Origin: Macrostomum lignano
Lineage: Eukaryota
Direction: 5' to 3'
Assembly (NCBI GenBank): GCA_002269645.1
Contig: NIVC01000050.1
Location: 18,791 to 82,790, forward strand
Length of the DNA stretch: 64,000 bases
This document shows positions 40,749-54,183 of this stretch, piece after piece (within the stretch, counting starts at the first letter, position 1; each line of letters opens with the position of its first letter). The notes under the pieces are model-generated. The model saw only the letters and a program-made list of their open reading frames with translations, ran no database searches and had not been told where the DNA came from. The position numbers were made by a program, and so were the translations under genes.

Positions 40749-41814
40749 TTCAGCAGCTCAAACTGCATTGAAATTCTCCCAAAACTACTCCTAATCCAGC
40801 AGCAAAAAAGTACTTCCACTTGGGCGCTTGAAGCGTCACTTTTTCTATTGGATTGCCACTTGAAAATTTTTAATTAACGTGCTTAACACTTATGGCGATC
40901 CCACTCAATATTATAATAGCGCTGATCTTTTCTTAACATGGATCCTTGACAAAAGAATTGGGCTCATTATGAGCTCACGCGCGCACAGTGTTGTCAATGG
41001 AGGGAGGCTAGGGAGAGAGAGAGAGAGAGGGGGCTGGATGGATGGGGATTGTTCGCACCCCACCCCCGGTGCGTCTCCAAGCGGACTAAAAAAGAAGATT
41101 CAAAATAAGGGGGGCGCAACTCTATACCAAGGAGACCCCAGACTAAGAAACTGGATTTACAACTACATGTTATTACTCCATCTGTAGGCTGATGCAGGCT
41201 CACCGCAGAGCATCCCACCCATTCCACTGACTTCCGAGCACATGCATGTACAAGCGCACCAATACTGTACTTTTACTGCGGATCTGACTTTCTAATCATT
41301 TCTCTGTGACTTGGAGGCTGGCTAAGTAACTCACGGGTGTGAATCACACACGTCAAACAATCAGAAATAATACAATCAGCCTACAATGGCGTCTGTTAGT
41401 TAGGCGGTTTTGCTGTTAGAGTCCAGCATCTGGGTGTCCGGGTTGTTATTAAATGCTTACGATTTATTTTAAGCGGTACTCAAAAGCATTCATTTAAGAC
41501 GCCGATAGTTATGGCTCAGGCAGTTAATGTACCCGCGAAGGCTTTAAAAAACCATTTTAAAAGCAACGACCATCTTTGTGGCGGAGCGGTCGGGTTATAA
41601 TTATGAAGTGATGTGAATTGTAGGTGTTCTCACAGCTAACTATTAAAGTCTGTTTCTTAACTACCCGCATTGTTATTTTTGTCATAATGGTTGAAATATT
41701 GAGACATTCCTTTAGGTTAAAGTTTATTCATTTTTTTATTGCCGCGTATTGCGATTCAAAAAAGTTTTTTTTAGTTTAAGCCATTTCCAAGTTACTAAAT
41801 TATGAAAAACTTAA

Positions 41815-42600
41815 GTTGTTGCTAAGTGGATTGAGAGTTGTTGCTAAGTGGATTGAGAGTTGTTGCTAAATGGATTGGGAGTTGTTGCTAAGTGGATTGA
41901 GAGTTGTTGCTAAGTAGATTGAGAGTTGTTGCTAAGTAGATTGGGAGTTGTTGCTAAGTAGATTGGGAGTTGTTGCTAAGTAGATTGAGAGTTGTTGCTA
42001 AGTGGATTGGGAGTTGTTGTTGCTAAGTGGATTGGGAGTTGTTGTTGCTAAGTGGATTGAGAGTTGTTGCTAAGTAGATTGAGAGTTGTTGCTAAGTAGA
42101 TTGTGAGTTGTTGTTGATAAGTGGATTGAGAGTTGTTGCTAAGTAGATTGAGAGTTGTTGCTTAGTGGATTGAGAGTTGTTGCTAAGTAGATTGAGAGTT
42201 GTTGCTAAGTGGATTGAGAGTTGTTGCTAAGTGGATTGAGAGTTGTTGCTAAATGGATTGGGAGTTGTTGCTAAGTGGATTGAGAGTTGTTGCTAAGTAG
42301 ATTGAGAGTTGTTGCTTTTGAGTTGTTGTTGCTTAGTGGATTGGGAGTTGTTGTTGCTAAGTGGATTGGGAGTTGTTGCTAAGTGGATTGGGAGTTGTTG
42401 CTAAGTGGATTGGGAGTTGTTGTTGCTTAGTGGATTGGGAGTTGTTGTTGATAAGTGGATTGAGAGTTGTTGTTGATAAGTGGATTGGGAGTTGTTGTTG
42501 CTTAGTGGATTGGGAGTTGTTGTTGCTAAGTGGATTGGGAGTTGTTGTTGCTTAGTGGATTGGGAGTTGTTGTTGCTGAGTGGATTGGGAGTTGTTGCTA
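41815..42600. repeat. ~22-25-bp minisatellite (GTTGCTAAGTGGATTGAGAGTT)
   Basis: Direct reading. Confidence 0.95.
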
Positions 42601-43074
42601 AAGAATTTTTAAAGATAATCTTACCCAAAAGTGAATGAAATTGCTCTAAAAGTTCTCTGCCTTTGTGTATCATTAACAGGTAAGCAAGTTCCCATTTGTG
42701 CCGTAGTAAATCAATAAAGAAATTCTAGTAATTCTAGTGTCGAAATAGCAGCATAAATTTGTCCAATCGATTTACACTAAACAATGTTTCTCTAAGTCGT
42801 TTGTGAAAGTCTAACTAACTGACTTTAAAGGTTATTGAACACTTACCAAGTCAGATAATGTTTAATAAGTAAGTTAAGTCGGGACAGATACTCTGGATTA
42901 AGTTGACAACAGCAGGTAGCACTTTGCCGGATCGACCGCTCGACCATTTAATTGTTTATTTTTTCGAGCCTGTGGTCTGCTCGGCTGAAATATCAACGTG
43001 GGTTGATTTTATTTGTATGATGCATTGCTGCTTAGGCTGTTATGATTGATAGTTTTTTGGGGTCAGTGTGTGCG

Positions 43075-43428
43075 GCTTTTTACCGCCTAATGTACATGGG
43101 TGTGAGAAAGGCGTGCGTGGCTTTTATTACCGCCTAATGTACATGGGTGTGAGAAAGGCATGCATGGCTTTTATTACCGCCTAATGTACATGGGTGTGAG
43201 AGAGGCGTGCGTGGCTTTTATTACCGCTAATATACATGGGTGTGAGAGAGGCGTGCGTGGCTTTTATTACCGACTAATGTACATGGGTGTGAGACAGGCG
43301 TGCGTGGCTTTTATTACCGCTAATATACATGGGTGTGAGAGAGGCGTGCGTGGCTTTTATTACCGACTAATGTACATGGGTGTGAGAGAGGCGTGCGTGG
43401 CTTTTATTACTGCCTAATGTACATGGGT
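43075..43428. repeat. 47-bp minisatellite
   Basis: TTTTATTACCGCCTAATGTACATGGGTGTGAGAGAGGCGTGCGTGGC, about 7 copies. Confidence 0.95.
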
Positions 43429-44094
43429 CAGAGAAGGTTATCAATGCCCCGCGGAGTGTGCTGAATGCCATACTCGCACAGAGTGCAAACAAGCCATCTA
43501 GATCGGGCATGAATTTTTACTTTATCTTATTTCTCAGGAAAACAAGCAAGCAGCAAGCCAGTCAGGTCAGTTCTCAGCCACAAATTCTTTTCCTCACTCA
43601 TCTGGCTGCGTCTCAATTCCCTCCTCTCTCTCTCATCTCTCTCATCTCTCCCAGTCGCCCGACCCCTCCCATTTTGCTTCATCCGGCCTGGCGACTCATC
43701 AAGTTCGGACGACTCAACCAACGTGTTTTGATGGAATTAGGCGGCCTAGGTCTCCGGGCCTCGTTAGAAGGGAAGAAAAGGAAGAAGCAGACGCGAGAGC
43801 CAAGCCGAAACTTCGCTGGCTCCCTGCCGAACTGTCCACCCCTCCGAGCCTTGCGCGCCAAATGCGACTTTGGCGGCGGCAGCTACGCGCCTCTGTCTTC
43901 TTCTTTTTCTCTCCTCTACGGCCTGAAAACTCTTCTGCTCCTCTCTGTGAGGCCTGTGCCGACAGGCCCCATTACACCATTCATCCTTGTACGAGGGAAA
44001 ATGACACACATTCCTCAATGCCATGGCTTTGTGGGGGCCTGTAAAGGGGCCTGCTGTCCACTTTTCTGGTTTTGACCATGGGATCCTAGGCTGA

Positions 44095-44550
44095 TTCACT
44101 CACTCACTCACTTGTTCACTCACTCACTCAGTCATCTGTTCACTCACCAACTTTCTCACTTGTTGAATCACTCAATCATCTGTTCACTCACCAACTTTCT
44201 CACTTGTTGAATCACTCAGTCATCTGTTCACTCACCAACTTTCTCACTTGTTGAATCACTCAGTCATCTGTTCACTCACCAACTTTCTCACTTGTTGAAT
44301 CACTCAATCATCTGTTCACTCACCAACTTTCTCTCTTGTTGAATCACTCAGTCATCTGTTCACTCACCAACTTTCTCTCTTGTTGAATCACTCAGTCATC
44401 TGTTCACTCACCAACTTTCTCTCTTGTTGAATCACTCAGTCATCTGTTCACTCACCAACTTTCTCTCTTGTTGAATCACTCAGTCATCTGTTCACTCACC
44501 AACTTTCTCTCTCACTCACTTGCTCATTCACACACTCACTCACTCACTCA
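44095..44550. repeat. 44-bp minisatellite flanked by (TCAC)n
   Basis: TCACTCACCAACTTTCTCACTTGTTGAATCACTCAGTCATCTGT, about 9 copies. Confidence 0.95.
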
Positions 44551-45074
44551 CAAAAGCGGATGCAAACGTTTTCTCCAGAAAAATCCAAATGCTGTTCAAC
44601 AATAGCAAAAAAGGCAGAAATTGCGCGCAAAAGTTTCGGCATAAACAAAGCGGCTTATTGGCTTTCAAGTCTGTTTTAGAGGGCAAAATTTCTTATTTTT
44701 CCAACAGAAGCCAAACTATCCAGCGAATGGCGTTCATATTGTCAGAGAGGTTGATACGAAGTTTCGCAATACTGCAGCTACAGTAATCACCCGTCTGTAC
44801 AATTTTTTGTTTGAGTAAACAATTATAAAATTATAGAAATTCTGTTGCAATGAATTTATCTGATCATTTTTTCAGATTCTGAATTTTTTATTTTCCGTCT
44901 TTCAGCTATTTTTGCAGACTAAACTGTCTATCGTAATTTTTTTCTGTAGCTTTGGTAATCTCTTTAAGAGATAATTTCGAAAGTGTGTTGACTATTGAAA
45001 AGTACTTTGTAATGGAAGGTTGCTGAAGCAATGGCAGTTGAAGGGATGAAGTGTTGATTGGGGAATCGAAAAAT

Positions 45075-46410
45075 CTGGGGTAGATGGGAGATGAGAGGTA
45101 AAATGGAAAGCAGGTGGGAGATGAGAGGGAAATTAGGGAGTAGTAGGGAGATAAGAGGAAGACTGGAAAGTAGATGGGAGATGAGAGGGAGATTAGGAAG
45201 TTGAATGGGAGGTGAGAAGTAGACTAGGAAGTAGATGGGAGATAAGAAGGAGATTGGGGAGTAGAAGGGAGATGAGAGGTAGATTAGGGAGTAAAAGTGA
45301 GATGAGAGGGAGATTAGGGAGTCGAAGGGAGATAAGAGGGATATTGGGAAGTAGATGGGAGACGAGAAGTCGACAAGGAAATAGATGGAAGGTTAGAAGT
45401 AGACAGGGAAGTAGATAGGATATCAGAAGTAGACTGGGAAGTAGATGGGAGATAAAAATTAGACAGGGAAGTAGATGGGAGATGAGAAGTACACAGGGAA
45501 GTAGATGGGAGGTGAGAAGTAAACAGGGAAGTAGATGGGAGGTGAGAAGTAAACAGGGAAGTAGATGGGAGATGAGAAGTAGACTGGGAAGTAGATGGGA
45601 GACGAGAAGTCGACAAGGAAATAGATGAAAGGTTAGAATTAGACTGGGAAGTAGATGGGAGATAAGAAGTAGACAGGGAAGTAGATGGGAGATGAGAAGT
45701 AGACTGGGAAGTAGATGGGGGATGAGAAGTAGACAGGGAAGTAGATTTGAGATGAGAAGTAGACTGGGAAGTAGATAAGAGATAAGAATTAGACAGGGAA
45801 GTAGATGCGAGATGAGAAGTAGACAGGAAAGTAGATGCGAGATGAGAAGTAGACAGGGAAGTAGATGGGAGATGAGAAATTGACAGGGAAGTAGATGGGA
45901 GGTGAGAAGTAGACAGGGAAGTAGATTGGAGATGAGAAGTAGACTGGGAAGTAGATAAGAGACAAGAATTAGACAGGGAAGTAGATGGGAGACGAGAAGT
46001 CGACAAGGAAATAGATGAAAGGCTAGAATTAGACTGGGAAGTAGAATGGGAGATGAGAAGTAGACAGGGAAGTAGATGGGAGATGAGAAGTTGACAGGGA
46101 AGTAGATGGGAGATCAGAAGTAGACTGGGAAGTAGAATGGGAGGTGAGAAGTAGACAGGGAAGTAGCTGGGAGATGAGAAGTAGACTGGGGAAGTAGATG
46201 GAAGGTTATAAGTAGACTGGGAAGTAGAATGGGAGGTGAGAAGTAGACAGGGAAGTAGCTGGGAGATGAGAAGTAGACTGGGGAAGTAGATGGAAGGTTA
46301 TAAGTAGACAGGGAAGTAGATGGGAGATGAGAAGTAGACAGGGAAGTAGATGGGAGATGAGAAGTAGACAGGGAAGTAGATGGGAGATGAGAAGTAGACA
46401 GGGAAGTATA
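45075..46410. repeat. ~30-bp purine-rich minisatellite (GAAGTAGATGGGAGATGAGAAGTAGACAGG)
   Basis: Direct reading; degenerate at the left end. Confidence 0.94.
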
Positions 46411-46935
46411 AGAGAGATGATATTTTTGTTCATTTTTAAAAATAGCCGGAACAGATGCAGAAAAAATCTAACGAAACAAAAATGGACTGAGTGCATCAGG
46501 GATTCGATGCTCGGCTTCCTCGAACGCTATACCTCGAACTAGTCGTGAGCAGCAACATGAAACTTTCTAATAAAAAGCATCTCAGACTCTCTGCTTCGCT
46601 CGCCCACGCATCATCTCAGCAGGAAGCCATTATCAGCTTTATCTTTGTAACACTTTCAAAATGTCTAACCCTCCTTCTCATTAGCGCTGGATCCAGCTGC
46701 CTTGGAGGGAAAACTTCGCATCCTTACTTGGCTTCCCTTTTTTAGAGCTTAGTCTCGGGCCAAAATGTTCTGCCTTGCTCATAACCATTGCCAGCTTTGT
46801 CAGCCTTGGATTCTCGATCTTTTTATTGAGCCAATCTTCTTGGCTCAAGAGGCTAATCGTAATCCCTGGTAAATGACGGACTTGAGAAATAAAAGCTCTG
46901 ATCTTGAACACCAAGAGCGAGACAAATTAAACCTC

Positions 46936-48300
46936 ACTGTCTCTCTCCCTGTCTCTCTCCCTGTCTCTCTCCCTGTCTCTCCCTGTCTCTCCCCCTGTCT
47001 CTCTCCCTGTCTCTCTCCCTGTCTCTCTCCCTGTCTCTCTCCCTGTCTCTCTCCCTGTCTCTCTCCCTGTCTCTCCCTGTCTCTCCCCCTGTCTCTCCCT
47101 GTCTCTCTCCCTGTCTCTCTCCCTGTCTCTCTCCCTGTCTCTCTCCCTGTCTCTCTCCCTGTCTCTCTCCCTGTCTCTCTCCCTGTCTCTCCCTGTCTCT
47201 CTCCCTGTCTCTCTCCCTGTCTCTCTCCCTGTCTCTCTCCCTGTCTCTCCCTGTCTCTCTCCCTGTCTCTCTCCCTGTCTCTCCCTGTCTCTCTCCCTGT
47301 CTCTCTCCCTGTCTCTCTCCCTGTCTCTCTCCCTGTCTCTCTCCCTGTCTCTCCCCTGTCTCTCCCTGTCTCTCTCCCTGTCTCTCTCCCTGTCTCTCTC
47401 CCTGTCTCTCTCCCTGTCTCTCTCCCTGTCTCTCTCCCTGTCTCTCTCCCTGTCTCTCTCCCTGTCTCTCTTCCTGTCTCTCTCCCTGTCTCTCTCCCTG
47501 TCTCTCTCCCTGTCTCTCTCCCTGTCTCTCTCCCTGTCTCTCTCCCTGTCTCTCTCCCTGTCTCTCTCCCTGTCTCTCTCCCTGTCTCTCTCCCTGTCTC
47601 TCTCCCTGTCTCTCCCTGTCTCTCTCCCTGTCTCTCTCCCTGTCTCTCTCCCTGTCTCTCTCCCTGTCTCTCTCCCTGTCTCTCTCCCTGTCTCTCCCTG
47701 TCTCTCTCCCTGTCTCTCTCCCTGTCTCTCCCTGTCTCTCTCCCTGTCTCTCTCCCTGTCTCTCTCCCTGACTCTCTCCCTGTCTCTCTCCCTGTCTCTC
47801 TCCCTGTCTCTCTCCCTGTCTCTCCCTGTCTCTCTCCCTGTCTCTCTCCCTGTCTCTCTCTCTGTCTCTCTCCCTGTCTCTCTCCCTGTCTCTCTCCCTG
47901 TCTATCTCCCTGTCTCTCTCCCTGTCTCTCTCCCTGTCCCTCTCCCTGTCTCTCTCCCTGTCTCTCTCCCTGTCTCTCTCCCTGTCTCTCTCCCTGTCTC
48001 TCTCCCTGTCTCTCTCCCTGTCTCTCTCCCTGTCTCTCTCCCTGTCTCTCTCCCTGTCTCTCTCCCTGTCTCTCTCCCTGTCTCTCTCCCTGCCTCTCCC
48101 TGTCTCTCTCCCTGCCTCTCTCCCTGCCTCTCCCTGTCTCTCTCCCTGTCTCTCTTCCTGTCTCTCTCCCTGTCTCTCTCCCTGTCTCTCTCCCTGTCTC
48201 TCCCTGTCTCTCCCTGTCTCTCTTACTGCCTCTCTCCCTGCCTCTCCCTGCCTCTCTCCCTGCCTCTCCCTGTCTGTCTCTTTCTCTATCTGTTTGTCTG
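46936..48300. repeat. 10/12-bp pyrimidine array (TCTCTCCCTG)n
   Basis: Direct reading. Confidence 0.97.
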
Positions 48301-48920
48301 TCTCGCCACGTGCCTCTCTCCCTGACAGTCTCTTTCTTTTTCTGTCTCTTCTCGCCTTTTCTGATGCAAAGGTTTCATTTCATTAGGCTTTTTGGCTCGA
48401 CTAATCACCGATTCAAAAATGAGTTCGTGACTGAAATCAGCTTATGGAAGAAAGTCTGTAGTCAATTTTTTGAGATTAAGATTTTTTTTGCGTTCGAATT
48501 TAGTTGCTAAGGCTATTCGAATGCCGAGAAATAACTAGTCGCAGAGTCGCCTCCAGATGCGTTCGAGTACTCTAGAATCACCTAGAGTAGATTGAGATAG
48601 GGGAGAACACTCATGGAATCCCGGGGATAAAAAAATAAATTTCTGGTAGAATTCGAGTCTCAGTAGCAAGTTTTGGCTGCGGGCTACAGCGGGCTCAGAG
48701 AAGCGGAGATGGAGTATACAGCGGCTGCACAATCAATGAGTCAATCAATCAATTTATCTGGCTTCCGAGCACCGAAAATAGAAAATTCAGAGAGACAGAA
48801 AGCGGGCTAGATCCATCCAGTGCAGGAGAGAAGATCAAAGAGTAGGTAACTTCCTCAGCCACCACAGAGTATGCCGCAGTTCGAGGCGGGAGGGTCTTGG
48901 TGGGTATATTGCCCTAAAGC

Positions 48921-49273
<353 letters not shown>

Positions 49274-49932
49274 TAAAAGAGGTGGCCATCTAAAAGGCAA
49301 CAGTCAGTAAGCAGAGGCAATGGGTAGCGGCCACCGAGACAAACCCGCAGGCACTGAGGTAGCCGGCTCCCGTGGGCAGAGGGCGGTCTATCTCTCTAGC
49401 CCTGCTCCGATGCGCGGCTGGGCACTAAAATGCCAACCCTCTGTCCACCCCCCAAACGGTAGTCGACTCCAGTTGATAAATAATTAAAGAGAAGCAGGAG
49501 GGCAACGCGGCCTGTCCGGCTCCTCGGATTGGGGGTGTGGGTGGATCAAGGCAGCTGGGTTGAGCCCCTCCCCCGCCCGCCTCCCTACTGATAGATTGCT
49601 ACCACAGACATTGCAGTTGAGCAGGTTCTGTGCCGGTATATAGTCCATGCTGGCGCATGGGTGCATTGTTATGCCAGCTCTATAGAGAGGCATACACCAA
49701 TGCTCAGGGTTCCAAGCTTTCAGTTTAACAGGGGCATTAAGCTCAATTCGCTAAGAGAGAGAGAGAGAGAGAGAGAGTGGGAAGTCGGCGCCGTATTGTC
49801 AAAAAATATTGTGAAAAATTGACTTTTAACAATGGTCCATAAATCTTCTTTGTTTGGCTACTTTTAGAATTTTCATCGCGCTTTTCTTGTCTGAATTGGT
49901 TTCCAGCAAGCTGGTTTTGTGAGTCTGAGGGG

Positions 49933-50948
49933 TCTGGTCACTCCGCCAGCTTTCAGAATACTCTCTCTGGTCACTCCGCCAGCTTTCAGAATACTTTCTC
50001 TGGTCACTCCGACTCTCTCTCTGGTCACTCCGCCAGCTTTCAGAATACTCTCTCTCTGGTCACTCCGACTCTCTCTGGTCACTCCGCCAGCTTTCAGAAT
50101 ACTCTCTCTGGTCACTCTGACTCTCTCTGGTCACTCCGCCAGCTTTCAGAATACTCTCTCTGGTCACTCCGACTCTCTTTGGTCACTCCGAGTCTTTCTT
50201 TGGTCACCCCGATTTTATCTGGTCACTCCGACTCTCTCTGGTCACCCCGATTCTCTCTGGTCACTCCGACTCTCTCTGGTCACTTCGACTCTCTCTGGTC
50301 ACTTCGACTCTCTCTGGTCACCCTGATTCTCTCTGGTCACCCCGATTCTCTCTGGTCACCCCGATTCTCTCTGGTCACTCCGATTCTCTCTGGTCACCCC
50401 GATTCTCTCTGGTCACCCAGATTCTCTCTGGTCACTCAGATTCTCTCTGGTCACTCCGATTCCCTCTGGTCACTCCAAATAATCACCCTAAGCACACTGA
50501 TGTTTCACTCAATAACCACTTTGATCACACTAATGTTTCACTCAATAGCCACTTTGATCACACTAATGATTCACTCAATAGCCACTTTGATCACACTATT
50601 GATTCACTTAATAGCCACTTTGATCACACTAATGATTCACTCAATAGCCACTTTGATCACACTATTGATTCACTCAATAGCAACTTTGATCACACTATTG
50701 ATTCACTCAATAGCAACTTTGATCACACTAATGATTCACTCAATAGCCACTTTGGTCACACTAATGATTCACTTAATAGCCACTTTGATCACACTATTGA
50801 TTCACTCAATAGCCACTTTGATCACACCAATGATTCACTTAATAGCCACTTTGATCACACTATTGATTCACTCAATAGCCACTTTGATCACACTAATGTT
50901 TCACTCAATAGCCACTTTGATCACACCAATGATTCACTCAATAGCCAC
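49933..50948. repeat. Compound array: CTCTCTGGTCACTCCG-based units, then a 33-bp unit (CACTTTGATCACACTAATGATTCACTCAATAGC)
   Basis: Switch at ~50480. Confidence 0.94.
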
Positions 50949-51605
50949 AAATTTTAAGCTAAAAATTTCTTTCAATTTGATAACAAGCACAAAAAAACAG
51001 TTACCTGTCACTGAAATGCTATCCACCTATATTAGCCTCGATCAGTTCATGCTGATTAACAAAATCAAGCGATCACCAAGACCAATAATATGTCATTAAT
51101 TTTTTCTCAATTGAGACTTCATGGACGATTATCTAATCCGCTGCCAAGTCCTTGACGCTGAATGATAAACTGATGAGACTGAAACCACTCTGCTTCTGAC
51201 TATCTGTAAAATTATAGCTGCTTTTTCAACCAGAAACCAATCAGATGGTCTCGACCAATCAGGGTTGAGCCAGTTTCTGTAAGGTTGGCTGACGAAAAAA
51301 ACGCAACGAAAAGCCGATCCCATTGAACCGCTGTTCAGATTTATTGGTACGCTAACTTGTCATTTACTCGTAGGAATAGATGTCAATTAATATTATTAAT
51401 AACCTTGAAACACTCCTCGATCTGGGCGTGATTTTTGGTCTCTCTGTTTGTGAGAATTGACCTTGAATCACGTGATCACTGTGTGTCTTTCGCCTCACAC
51501 CGTGTGGAAAGTGACCTTGAATCACGTGATTTGGTGTGCAGCTGGTATATCTTTTCACTATCTAAATATATACATTGTGCCCATCTCTCCCTTTTTTGTC
51601 TTTCG

Positions 51606-52441
<836 letters not shown>

Positions 52442-53475
52442 ATCTCGCCAATAGCAAATTAAATATTTGTCGCAGAAAACTGCAATTTTGTTGCTCATGC
52501 ATGAGCTCTTTCGTTCCGAGTAAAAATTAAATTATCACACTCCAGTGAAAGCAAAAAAAACTAAAATATTGGAACAAGGTACGTGCTAGAAGCGCAATGA
52601 GACATGATTGATGAATGAATGTCAAATTAGGAAAAACAAAAGTTACTACTAATTGCATAATATAAATTGGGTCAAATTGAAAAAAATGAAAACCATCACG
52701 GAAGGTCATTGAACCTCCAGCTTGAAGGTGTCTGTTTCCATTTTTAATCTAATCTAATTTTGCCTGAACTTGCTGCTTTTTTTCTTCAGAATGGTTATAG
52801 AGTCTGGTTATAAGATTTTTCTTGGTGCCTTTATCCTATCTCATCATGGAAACTCTTGTCGGGTCACGGAGATCCCTGTTTGGTCATAAGATCCCATGTC
52901 TGATCATAGTGATCCTTGTCTAGTCATAGTGATCCCTATCTGATCATAATGATTCCTGTATTTGTTCATATTGATCCTTGTCTGGTCATAGAGATGGTCA
53001 TATAATCCTGGTCAAAGAGACTCTGCTCTATAATCTCACCAGAACTTTTTTACGCACTCACAAGGTGCATTTCCGCAATTTAATTTTTTGAAAAAAAGGG
53101 ACGCTTCATTAGAAAAAGGACATGGAATATAATTTGCTCTGGCAATGGCAGGATTTCCTCTGCTAATTTCTGGGGATTTAGGGAATTTTCTCTGTCCTAT
53201 TCCTTCCTTGGAGACGGGCCCTAGCTTATAAGCCGATTTTAAACTGATTAAGCTGTTCCAAAACTGCCAAACAGACAGACGCCTGCTTCTCAATGCGGAA
53301 TTTGAGTCCACTTTTTAGGACTATTCGGACCAGATTAAAAGGGCTTCTTCCTTCTCTGGGGGGGATTTCCATGACGAATTTGGAGTCTGGAAGTTTTAGG
53401 AATCTCTCTTTGGAACTTTTCTAAATTAATCTATCTGACAGCTCTTTGCCGCTGTCGCGTAGAGTTCAAGGACCA

Positions 53476-54183
53476 CCCTATCTGGTCATTGACTATCTGA
53501 TCATAGGGTCTGACCTCCCCATCTGGTCATTGACTATCTGATCATAGGCTCTGACCTCCCCATCTGGTCATTGACTATCTGATCATAGAGTCTGACCTCC
53601 CTATCTGGTCATTGACTATCTGATCATAGGGTCTGACCTCCCCATCTGGTCATTGACTATCTGATCATAGCTAGGCTCTCACCTCCCCATCTGGTCATTG
53701 ACTATCTGATCATAGGGTCTGACCTCCCTATCTGGTCATTGACTATCTGATCATAGGCTTTGACTTCCCCATCTGGTCATTGACTATCTGATCATAGGGT
53801 TTGACCTCCCCATCTGGTCATTGACTATCTGATCATAGGGTCTGACCTCCCCATCTGGTCATTGACTATCTGATCATAGCTAGGCTCTGACCTCCCCATC
53901 TGGTCATTGACTATCTGAACATAGGCTCTGACCTCCCCATCTGGTCATTGACTATGTGATCATAGCTAGGCTCTGACCTCCCCATCTGGTCATTGACTAT
54001 CTGATCATAGGGTCTGACCTCCCCATCTGGTCATTGACTATCTGATCATAGCTAGGCTCTGACCTCCCCATCTGGTCATTGACTATCTGAACATAGGCTC
54101 TGACCTCCCCATCTGGTCATTGACTATGTGATCATAGCTAGGCTCTGACCTCCCCATCTGGTCATTGACTATCTGATCATAGG
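53476..54183. repeat. 41-bp minisatellite with a 45-bp CTAG-insertion variant
   Basis: CTGACCTCCCCATCTGGTCATTGACTATCTGATCATAGGGT, about 17 copies. Confidence 0.96.
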